Source of the DNA: Octopus vulgaris
Taxonomy: Eukaryota
Length of the DNA: 64,000 bases
Assembly: GCA_951406725.2 (NCBI GenBank)
Contig: OX597824.1
Coordinates: 26,660,001 to 26,724,000 of the forward strand
Direction: 5' to 3'
Shown here one piece after another: positions 1 to 10,610 of this stretch; the first letter of the stretch is position 1; every line of letters starts with the position of its first letter. The notes below the pieces were generated by a model. It was not told where the DNA came from. It did no database searches and saw nothing but the letters and a program-made list of their open reading frames with translations. Both the position numbers and the translations under genes were made by a program.

Positions 1-1735
1 AATTTTCCAGAATCTCATTCGAAAACAGACTCGTACATCAATATTCATCCTTAGACACCAGAAAGATCAAAAACTAAAAAAAATTAAATACCTCGGTCAA
101 ATGAAAGGCGATCAAAGGAAAACAATACATATGAAAATAGCGAAACTCAACTAAAGATAAAATATTCTCTACAGTTTCTTTACGATCTGCTGGGGTATCT
201 CTTCCTGAGAGATTTACACACGAGGTAGTTAAAATGGGATTGAAATTAATTACTCCTTTTACACTATTTTAGGCATTTTTTGAAACTTGAAAATTATGAA
301 ATTAGCGTGCGAAAAAAAATTTACTTGTAATCCAGCAGAGAAAAGAATATCTATTAAAAATTAGCTAGTTATTTTATTAACTTCAATCACAATTAGGTTA
401 AAGTTATGGAAAAAATTCTTGAAATAAAACAAAAAAATATCTCCGGATTATGTTTCAGACTTCACTATACTGGCCAATTTTTGCGCCTAAATATAATGTT
501 GTAATACATAATGATGCAGTACTTACAATGTAATGATTTCAAACAGATGAGAAAATAACGAGAAATCAGAAATTACTCACTTTATCCCCTTATTCCCACC
601 CTTAAATAGAGAGCCTAAGTTGTTCACAAAAGTCACCCATTAGTCTTCCTAGCGATTACATAAAAGGTTCAAAATACACCGAAATAACCACTTAAGCTCC
701 GTTTACACGTTGGCTCCCACACGTCATGTCGGTGCTCTTAGCGAGTCCCGCACGACCTACCAACCGGTGGGTTTTTTTCTTTCTCTTAAAGCTGGTATGT
801 TCCGATTTCTTAGATTTGTGCTTTTGCTAAGAGAATTTAATAGACTTTATATTTTCGTTTTACTTCTGATTTTACCATGAAGTAAAAAAGATTCAATGAC
901 AAAATTGTCTCAAACAAAAATAGTTAATTCTTTGAAAAAAAATTATCCAATAGAAATAATATTTTACTTGCCATGGAAATCAAAATAGTTCTTTTTGAAA
1001 AAAGAATTTCGAGATCTTCCAATAGAAGAGAGCTAAAATTTTTAATTGACACGGTGTGGTATGTAAGATGTGATATGAACTAGGGTACCAAACGACTCTC
1101 CGGTGGAATGTGGGTATCTAACATTGCAATCCTTACCTCAGTATAGAGTAAAAATATTACGCCGCTCATGTCAAAATTAAGATAACGTATTGGGACCCTG
1201 GGATAAAACTAATGAGTCTAGAGACCCGACGTGTTAACAGTAAAAGCTGTACGACAGACACGGAAAACATACCCAGAAAATATTGCAGTTTCAAAATAGA
1301 AAGAGACTATATTAAATAACTGAAAATATTAGTAAATTATGACAAACGATTTAAATTCAAAATTGTATTTAATATTTTTTATATAGTTCTAAATACAATT
1401 TTGTGAAGACTAGAAAATTGTTAATGTAGACCGAGTTGAAATTAAATGCAGTTTTGTAATACAAAAATTGTTAATGGGTTAATTATAAGCAAGGGATACG
1501 AATAGAGGGGTAATTTTTCCAATGAAGAGGGATTGTACAAGTCTATATCTCTTCGTTGTAAATTTTGAAGAGATTTTCTCTAAGTTTTCACGGTCGCACT
1601 TATGTAGCTCTAGACAAAAATCACTGATTTTTAAAAATTCTTAACGACATACTAACTAAAAATCAAAGAGGTTTTTTTTTTCTAAATGCTTTTAGAGTTT
1701 TCTATACGTTTGTTTCTCATGTAATGTAGTATGCG

Positions 1736-1748
1736 GTTACATGGCAAC
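1736..1748 (-). promoter_or_regulatory. Candidate RFX X-box (GTTGCCATGTAAC) in tubulin intron 1
   Basis: Fits the X-box consensus GTNRCC-N0-3-RGYAAC closely. Identical at 15159-15171 and 34174-34186. Confidence 0.45.
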
Positions 1749-2203
1749 TTTTGGCTGTCATGTTGCTTTGAAATCTAGATGAAAATTCTATTTTATAAAA
1801 TTCAATATTTTTTGCTATTATGCAAAAGGGTCGAAAGTCCCAAACGCTGCTTTTTCAGAATGAAAAAAAAAAGTTTCACCATTCCACAGCAAAACCGTTG
1901 TACTACACTTTGACAATTTTCGATATCTTGCCATCTGAAGCAACTAGAGATACAATATTTCGGCTAAAAGAACCGGCTATTGCAAATGAAAATAAATACT
2001 GAATAAAACGTATTTGGCTAAATTTAGACGTACGACAGTTTAACATAATAGCAACCATATAAACATTGCGAAAGCAAGAAAAGAATTTCACTAATAAATC
2101 TGAACAAAATATTTTGTAAATGTGAATAAAGGTTATTATATTCAAAACTGGATTTCCCATAAATTTGGAGAGGCAGACTAGAAATAAACCGTAGCAAATT
2201 TAC

Positions 2204-2206
2204 CAT
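2204..2206 (-). CDS. Probable exon 1 (ATG only) of a third alpha-tubulin copy whose remaining exons lie left of the window
   Basis: Minus strand ACAACA-ATG|GTAAAT, same as at 15628-15630 and 34639-34641. Bases 1-2203 align to intron 1 of copy A (13198-15627). Confidence 0.6.
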
Positions 2207-2532
2207 TGTTGTCGCGCTGTTTCTGTACCGTTCAAAGTGGAGTCAATAAACAAGACGGTGGTTTTGCTCTTGGCCTTGCTACAAATAGTAATATTTTTTA
2301 CTCTCCTCCTACTCTTACTCTTATACTACTCCGTGTTAGCCAATTGTGATCGTATGTTCGAAGACAGTCTCAAACTGAAGGGTGTGATTTTGAGGGGGGT
2401 AATAAATTAATTTTGATTTAATTTTCTTTTTTTCAATTTAACACCCCTATAACTACAAATGGCTAAACTTAACGGAATGGTTCACATATTGAAATAATTT
2501 CATCAACTAATAAACCGAAAGAACAGAGAGGT

Positions 2533-4463
2533 TGTTTTATTATTACCCACAAGGGGCGAACATAGATGGGACAATACAATCGGGAAAATGAATAATGAAT
2601 TATGAAGTTTGTACAATGTGGTGTAATGCCCACTCGATCCCCGAAATCGAGCGGTTACATTTCGTCATTTGTTTTTTATTCGTCAACAATATTTTCCAAA
2701 GAAAACATTTTTATACATTTTCAACATACATTTCAAAAATTTTACAAAGTTCAACATTTTTTTTTTCCAGAATTTAAAGTTCTTTTTATCATTTCCAAAT
2801 TAAAGTTTTCACAATACCTTTTCTTTTATATATACTCCATTATCTCTACCAAATCTGAGTAAACTTCCATCATTCGTGGCCACCTTGTAAGTCGGCATTT
2901 CATATGTTTTGACACGTTCTTGCCAGCTGCCTCGATGAACGCCTCGGCGTCGTTCTCGTGGACGAGTGCACCTGTTTCTTTCCATTCGGTGCCCATCCTG
3001 ACCCACGTATATCCATTTGTTACGTTTATTAAATCTTCCATCTCCTCACAGTGCCTGTGATGGATCAACGTTCCATAGTATTTGAATTTTCTATTCGTAC
3101 CTACGTTTTCTCTAGTTTTTCTCTTAGGACTTACTTCCTCTTTTTTCTCCTCCCTCGGTTTCTCTCTTTCTCTCTTTTTGCTTTCTCTTCTTTCTTTTTC
3201 CTTCTCTTGTCTTTTTGGCTCTTTGTCTGCCGTCTCTCTACCCTGTGCCTTGAATTCCTTTCCTGTTGTTTCTTTTCCTTTTTGCATACCATCTTTTCCT
3301 TTCTCTTGGTTCTGTTCCTTCTCTTGTTCTTTTCCTGCTTTTTCTCTTTCCTTTAATGTACTTTCCTTTTCTTTCTCTTGCTTCTGTCTTGGCTCCTTCT
3401 CCACTACTTCTGCACCCTGTGAATTTTGCTCCTTTTCTACTATCTTCTTCCCTTTGTTTTCATTTTCCTTCAGTGCGCTGTTACTTCCCTTCTCTTGTTG
3501 TTTCTCCGTTATTTCCTTTTCCTTGTTTTCGCTGTTCTTTCCTTCGTGTTCGTTTTCCTTCTCTCCACTTTGTGTCTCTTTTTGCTCCGCTGTGAATTCA
3601 TACAGCGGGCATTCCTTTTTATGTGCCCTCTTGATCCGCACAGGTAGCAATTCGGTTTTCTGCCTTCCACTATTACACTAATTGTTTTCTCGTTTTCTAT
3701 TTCTATTTGGAAGGGAAATCTTTCGATGTCTTCCATTGTGGCCATCAGCCACAACTCTACTCCGAATCCCTTCCAATTTACAACGTTCGTCTCCTTAATT
3801 GACCCTATTTCTACTTCCTCTTTTGCTGCCCCAATAATGGCTGTTACCAGCATTTCTGTTTTAATATCTGGGGGCACCTTTGGGACTCTTACCCGTACCC
3901 CTCGTCTTCCTTTATACGTCGGCCACATGGTGAAATTTTCCGCTTTCAGGACAGTGGAAGCCAATGAGGCCGCCACTTCCTTTGTTGCGCATCTCACCTC
4001 CACCGTACCATATTTCTTTCCTCTGTCTACAAAAGTCGCTTTTTTCATGATGTCCCCCAGACATTTCTCTATTTCTTCAATCGTCACTCTCACCAGTTTT
4101 CTCGTGTTTCTATCTTGCGTTCTATACGTTATCGTCTTGTTATTTCTCTCTTCTATTGTTTCCACAGGCGGGACCAGCTTCACGCTGTCACCCTCCCTTT
4201 TGACGAACTTCTCGTATTCCTTCAATTGTTCTTTTCTAAAGAACACTTCTTTTATTCTAAGTGACTCGTCACTTTTTGTTGTGGCGACCCCCGCGTAAGT
4301 CTCCATGACTTGAGGGTCGACACACCTTCTATAAAAGGTTCAAACACGCAGCGGCAAACGCCTCGCGCGATTCAATTTTTTTCCAATTTTTAACAGTTTA
4401 TTTTTCCAATTTTCACATACAAAATAACTCACAACACACATGGGTAGATTTCCTCCAGGTGTT
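2533..4463 (-). mobile_element. ORF1-only non-LTR retroelement (HAL1-like), 1931 bp, with 18-bp TSD
   Basis: TSD ccgaaagaacagagaggt at 2515-2532 and 4464-4481. Empty site present in paralogous copies near 15945 and 34955. Single gag-like ORF, no RT, SINE-like 3' tail. Confidence 0.85.
2826..4306 (-). pseudogene. L1/Tx1-type ORF1-like protein (about 493 aa) with CCHC zinc knuckle, broken by a 1-nt frameshift
   Basis: ORFs 3509-4306 and 2826-3650 join into CYLCGSRGHIKKEC (CX2CX4HX4C) if one base is added to the T run at 3616-3620. A K/E-rich linker and an approximately 90-aa C-terminal domain follow. Confidence 0.8.
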
Positions 4464-4963
4464 CCGAAAGAACAGAGAGGTGGGAGTTGAAGTTCTTGCA
4501 TACGGAGCACCAAAAATTTAAATCTGAAAAGGAACAACGAAGATACTATTTGAACGTGATAATTTTTCAAATGAAATTGGATTATTTTGCTTTTATTCTT
4601 TAGTGGTGAAAGGTATGTTTAGAAGATTTAATTAAATTCACAAACTGAGAATGACGTTTTAGTTTCAATCTCCATCTGAAGTCACTTCTGTTTATTTAAT
4701 GCCCTGAAGTAACTTCAGTTTAATGAGTCCGCTGTAGTCATCGAAAAAAATGAATATTCAAGCCTCCTATTTTTCTTCCTTCTACAAAATTAACTTGGGA
4801 ATGTTATGAGTTATGATTTTTTAAAAATTGATCACCAAATACAGAAGCAAGCATAATCATACAACTCCGGACACATAATGTCTTTTAATGTTTTCCTACA
4901 TCCCTTCACATCTAGTCCGAAATCCCAGGAGAGTTGCTACAACTTTTGTCCGTCTGAATCATT

Positions 4964-5263
4964 GTTTGTTCCTTTTCGAACCCCGCATGTATCATTAGGG
5001 CCGGTTTCCCGGTTTTCTTGGCGTATAGGTTCCCCACCTTGGACGGGACCGGTCCGTCCCAGGTGAACTGCAAGGTGCAGGAGGAAAGAGTGAGAAAAAG
5101 TTGTGGTGAAAGAGTCAGCAGAAGTTCGCCATTACCTTCTGCTGGAGCCGCGTGGAGCTTAGGTGTTTCGCTCATAAACACACACATCGCCCGGTCTGTG
5201 ATTCGAACCCACGATCCCTCGACCGCGAGTCCGCTGCTCTAACCACTGGGCCATGTGCCTCCA
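4964..5263 (-). mobile_element. tRNA-derived SINE (family 3, tail type a) with 13-bp TSD
   Basis: A box (TGGCCCAGTGG) and B box (GGTTCGAATC) on the minus strand. TSD cgtctgaatcatt at 4951-4963 and 5264-5276. Orthologous copies at 16459-16755 and 35472-35772. Confidence 0.85.
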
Positions 5264-6040
5264 CGTCTGAATCATTAAGGCATAATTATCCACAAAGTAC
5301 AGAAGATCATGTAAAGGGAACTGGTTGCTTCTTTACACTTTTGGGGTGCAACTTGGGTGCAACACAATTTCCTTTCTTTTTGTTTCTAGAAACTACCAGT
5401 CAGGAACGAAAAGCAACTTTAGAAATATATAATTCTTTATTCTCTTATTCAACAATGAAACACAATGGTATACTGGTATCCATTCTTACAACAATTCAGC
5501 AGCAATAGATAGGTTAAATCCCAAGCGTCTGGGGCAGGAGAATAGGTTGATCACACTTATGAAAATACGTCCTTTCTCTTCGATCGCCGTGCCTCAAGTC
5601 CCCGAACGCTATTAAGGAACGCTATAGAATTTATTCTTCAGTCTCTAGCGCATGTGCATGGGGAAACTTCTTTATGCCTTTCCAGAAGGCTCCAACCCAG
5701 CACACGCACACTGAAGAAAGACGTTCCGCACACGCACACTGAAGAATGACGAAATATGACGTCACTACAATCATTTAAAAATTTGGAATTCATATATTTA
5801 AAAAAAAAATTATTACAATATGCATTTATTTTATAATAATTTTGATCCAAAGCCAGTGTGCACATAGGCAAACCGCATCAGGTCGTGTAGGTTCGTATCT
5901 AGATAGAGTATTCTACAGGTCAGTTGATAATGATAGCATAGGTGATCCATATTTCAAAATGTTCAGCTACACGTAATCCAAATTTGTCATCTACACGGTC
6001 GACCTAGATAAGCGTCGTAGACTGGAAGCCGGTTACTGCA

Positions 6041-7315
6041 AAAATTTTCCAACCAAATTTTCGAAAAAACCTTTTGAAAATTTTCCTCAAAAATCTTTGA
6101 AAATTTTTCCTAAACATTTTGGAAAACCCCGTGTATCTCCGGCAAACTTCGGATATTTCCGGTAAATTCCGGCAATCTCCACCAATTTCCGGTGATCTCG
6201 GACAATTTGCGGCAAACTCCGGTAATCTACGGCAATTTCCGGCAATATCTGGTTATTTCCGGCAACCCCCGACAATTTCCGGCAATCTCCAGTAATTGCC
6301 GGCAATCTCTGGCAATTTCCGGTAATTTCCGGCAATCTCCGGCAATTTCCGATAATTTCCGGCTATCTCCAGCAATGTCTGGTAATTAACGACAATTTCC
6401 GGCAATCTTCGGCAATCTCCGGCAATCTTTTTTTCAAAAATTTTATAAAATTTTGCAAAAAAATTTACAATTTTCCTCAAAAATTTTTTTGGAAAATTGT
6501 ACTCAAAAATATTTTAAAATTTTCCTCAAAAACTTTTGAAAACCTTTGCCAAAAATCAAAAAATTTTGAAAACTATCGTCAATTTTTCAAAATTTTTCCC
6601 AAAAGGTTTTGAAAAATTTTTTGACAAGTTTCCCAAAAAATTTTTGAAAAATTTTTGAAAATTTTCCCCTAAAATTTAAGGAAAATTTTTTGAAAATTTT
6701 CGTCAAAAATTTTTGAAAATGTACCCAATAATTTTTGAAAATTTTTCGCAAAACTTTCTGAAAACCCCGGGTATCTACGGCAAACTTCGCATATCTCCGG
6801 TAAACTCCGGTAATCTCCGGCAAGTTCCGGTAATCTCCGACAAATTCGGCAATCTTCTGCAATTTCTGCCAATGTCCGGCAATTTACGGCAATCTCCGGC
6901 AATCTCTGGCAAACTCCGATAATCTCCGGCAATATCCAGTAATTTCTGGCAATACTCGGCAATCTCTGCCAATTTCCGGCAGTTTCCGATAATTTCCCGC
7001 AATATCCGGCAATCTTTTCCCAAAAATTTTCGAAAAATCTTTTGAAAATTGTCCTCAAGAAGTTTTGAAAATTCTCCAAAAGTTTTTGAAAAATTTCCCA
7101 AAAATTTTTAAAAAATGTTTTTGAAAATTTTCCTCTAATGTGCTTGAAAATTTTCCTAAAAATCTTTGAAAATTTTCCTAAAAAACTTTTGGAAATTCTC
7201 AAAATTTTTGAAAATTTTTCTCAAAAATTTTATAAAATTTTCCAAAATTTTTGAAAATTTTCCTCAAAAATTTTTGAAAATTTTTCCCAAAAATTTTTGA
7301 AAAAGTTTTTGAAAA
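6041..7315. repeat. Composite minisatellite: GC-rich 10-bp (TCCGGCAATY)n blocks alternating with AT-rich AAAATTTT blocks
   Basis: Blocks: AT 6041-6120, GC 6121-6425, AT 6426-6760, GC 6761-7012, AT 7013-7315. Absent from the paralogous site at about 17070-17118. Confidence 0.9.
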
Positions 7316-7344
7316 TTAGTAAATCTGCCACAAAAGATGAGTTG

Positions 7345-8065
7345 TCCTTTCTAGTTTAGATTAGAATCGATTAAGTTGAAGAACCTAAAGGCGATAGAGA
7401 AAATTGAACAGAGGGAGACTTAGAAACCTACAAGAGGCGCTTAGGAAAGGAATCGCATCAATTCTTTAATCCAAAGCATGAAGTCTGCATTGTCAGATCT
7501 AGATGCCTGCTGTGAGACGCGAGAGGAGAAAGCTGCGAGATGGAACCGAGTGATGGAGGTGCAACGTGGCAACAAAACCACCGTTCGGTTTTTGGTGGAC
7601 CATAATTGATGCATGCTACTCGAGCGACTCTCAGCAAGGGAGACAAAGTGTTGCAAGAAGCCGCGGAAATACGGGAAGCAATAATTAACTGCACGGGATA
7701 TGAAGCGTCTGATTTTGATGGTTTACCCTACGAGCTTTACTTTTGCTTGAAAAACTTGCTCGGAAACCTCTTGGCATCAGGTAACAGAACGGGAAATTTT
7801 CTAGTTCTGTGGGCCGAAGAGCGGTAACGTTGCTGAGAAAGGGTTCAAACAGGATGAACCACATAGATAATTTCTGGCCCATAACATTGCTAAATGCAGA
7901 TGTCAAAGTTTCGGCCAGTGTTGGAAAATAGGTTGGTTGTCACTTGTCAATGGTTTCATTGGTGATGCACAAATATTCACCATCTGTCCACGACATCCAC
8001 CATCTCATTGTGATACATCATAGAGAGGTGGAATAAAGAGCGTAGCATAGGTGGGTCCTTGATCA
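7345..8065 (+). mobile_element. Decayed L1/Tx1-clade LINE ORF2 fragment
   Basis: Translates to DGLPYELY and VTLLRKG...NFWPITLLNADVKV, resembling the L1/Tx1 RT N-terminal motifs PGPDG and RPISLLN.DYK. Paralog at 17140-17845. Confidence 0.75.
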
Positions 8066-8234
8066 TTGCAAAGCCTTCAAGGCAGTGTCCCAGCATGGCT
8101 GCAGTCCAATGTCTGACGAAATAAAAGAAAAAAAGATAAAAGATAGTTAAACCAAGAAAAAGTTCAGGTAGCTGTCACACTCGAATAGTAGCACATATTC
8201 TTTCACTAATTCTTTTAGGTGTCAGAGTAAATGC

Positions 8235-8540
8235 GGGGTCGATAAAATAAGTACCAGTTACGCACTGGGGTCGATGTAATCGACTTAATCCTTTTGTCTG
8301 TCCTTGTTTGTCCTCTTTGTGTTTAGGCCCTTGTGGGTAGTAAAGAAATAGGTATTTCGTCTGTCGCTACGTTCTGAGTTCACATTCCGCCGAGGTCGAC
8401 TTTGTTTTTCATCCTTTCGGGATCGATTAAATAAGTACCAGTTACGCACTGAGGTCGATATAATCGACTTAATCCCTTTGTCTGTCCTTGTTTGTCCCCC
8501 CCCTGTGTGTAGCGCCTTGTGGGTAGTAAAGAAATAAGAA
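8235..8540 (+). mobile_element. SINE family 1, tandem partial dimer
   Basis: Two units ending ...CCCTTGTGGGTAGTAAAGAAATA; the second begins GGTATTTCGTCTG. Confidence 0.85.
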
Positions 8541-8764
8541 ACGTTAGAAAAATTACTTCTCTTGTGCATCAACGAGAAGCAAATCGCAGAGGATACGATT
8601 ACGGAGATCATCATCAGCGACAAAGCACCAGCGTTGGATGGGGATCATCTTGGAATATCGACAGAAGAGACATTAGCAGTGATGAAACTAACATTTTTTG
8701 AGACAAAATGCCCAGTAGAACCAACTGTCTTGCCATAAATTATAGTCATATAGATATTCCTCTA

Positions 8765-9120
8765 ACTCGTTTCAGTCATGTGACTGTGGTCATGCTGGAG
8801 CACCGCCTTTAGTCGAGCAAATCGACCCCAGGACTTATTCTTTGTAAGCCTTGTACTTATTCTATCAGTCTACGTCACGGGGACGTTAGCACACCAGCAT
8901 CGGTTGTCAAGTGATGTTGGGGGGGGGGACACAGACAGACAAACATACATGTAAATATACATATATACGACGGGCTTCTTTCAGTTTCCGTCTACCAAAT
9001 CCACTCAAGGCTTTGGTCGCCCCGAGGCTATAGTAGAAGACTCTTGCCCTAGGTGCCCCGCAGTGGGTCTGAACCCGGAACCATGTGGTTCGTACGCAAG
9101 TTACTTACTATACAGTCACT
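8765..9120 (-). mobile_element. SINE family 2 (tRNA head, CORE-like CCTTGGGCAAGT segment)
   Basis: Reverse-complement match to the copies at 24107, 29186 and 48940. Confidence 0.85.
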
Positions 9121-9214
9121 CAGGATAGGCAATAGGCGCAAAATTAAGAAAACACGGGCACGACAATAACAAATATCATATACATACACATGTATAGATA
9201 TATTGGCACACAGT

Positions 9215-9965
9215 TATATGTGTGGGCCAAACCTGCTTCCTAACCATAGGGCTTTGGGTTCAGTCCAATTAAGTAGCACCTTGGGCAAGTACCTTCCACT
9301 ATAGTCTGGCCGACCAACGCTTCGAGTGGATTTGGTGGAGGGAAACGTAAAGAAGCCTGTCGTGTGTGTCACTACCGCTTGACAACCGGTGGTGAGTGTA
9401 CATAGCCTAGCGGTTAGGCAAAAAGAGTTCGATAGAATAAGTACCAGGTTTAAAAAAGGGAAATTAGTCCTGGGATAAAGTCATTCGACTGAAACTCAAG
9501 CCGGTGCCCCAGCATGGCCACAGTCTAATACAGCTGACAAGGATATTTATGTCATTTACACACTGAAAAAAAAAAAATGCTTAATGGCTAAAGCTTAGTG
9601 GCGTTTCGAAACTACGTCCTCAGTTAGGCGTAGGGGTGGCTGTGTGGTTAAGTAGCTTGCTTAACAACCACATGGTTCCGGGTTCAGTCTCACAGCGTGG
9701 CACCTTGGGCAAGTGTCTATAGCTTCAGGCTGACCAAAGCATTGGGAGTAGATTTGGTAGACGGAAACTGAAAGAAGCCCGTAGTATGTGTGTGTCCCAA
9801 CATCACTTGAGAACCGATGCGTCCCCGTAACTTGGCGGTTCGGCAAAAAGAGACCAATAGAATAAGTACTAGGCTTACAAAGAACAAATCTTGGGGTCGA
9901 TTTGCTCGACTAAAGGCTGTGCTCCAGTATGGCCACAGTCAAATGACAAGCAAAAAGAGAGTAAA
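9215..9965 (+). mobile_element. Two SINE family 2 copies (about 9215-9535, degenerate; 9626-9965)
   Basis: GGCACCTTGGGCAAGT, GTAGACGGAAACTGAAAGAAGCCC and CCAGCATGGCCACAGTC motifs in the expected order. Confidence 0.8.
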
Positions 9966-10610
9966 GAGTTTAAATTCTGCCAAGGTCAACTTCGCTTTTC
10001 AAAATCTGGCGGTCGGTAAAGTAAGTAGCACTTGAGCATTTCTGTCGATGTAATCGCCAAGCCTCCTAAAAGAATTTCAGACCTGGTGCCCATAGTAATA
10101 AATTAAAGGAGGCACGCTAGCAGAATTGTTAACTCACCGGAAAAATGCCTAACGGAATGTTGTTAGTCTTTACGCTCTAAGCTTAAAACACTGCTCATCC
10201 GTTCAGGGTTGATAAAATATGTACAAGCAGAGCTACCGCGGTCGATATAATCGACTAACCACTCTCCCCAGACTTGCTGAGCCTTACAGCAAAAATAGTT
10301 ACCATTGACTAACAAAATGTGTCCCAGTATCTGGATAATTGATTGATTCCAAATACGAAGACAAAATCTATTCAAGAATTAGAGAAAGATGTCAATTGAT
10401 TGCGAAAAGCTTTTATTTCAAAGAAATTCGAAATAAAAAAAAATGTTATTTCGAAAAGTAATTCTTTATGTTTAGTATGCAACACAAACAGGAAAACAAC
10501 GCAATTTTGATATTTCAAAAACTAATTCGTTAGCTTAAATTAATATTGGAAGACTACACACGTGTGTGTATGTATATATCAGATCCACCATTTCTAATAA
10601 AATTTCAGAT

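Larger units (their letters stand above)
1..8235. repeat. Tandem segmental duplication unit 0 (tubulin intron 1, exon 1 and upstream region)
   Basis: Collinear high identity to 13198-18029 and 33388-35865, apart from copy-specific insertions at 2533-4463, about 5311-5770 and 6041-7315. Confidence 0.95.

Noticed and set aside
3051-4298. Plus-strand S/F/L-rich ORFs
   Set aside because: Antisense shadows of the purine-rich ORF1.
6087-7202. Repetitive ORFs such as LPEIAGNCR and KIFKNF
   Set aside because: Translations of the satellite, open in several frames, with no splice or homology support.
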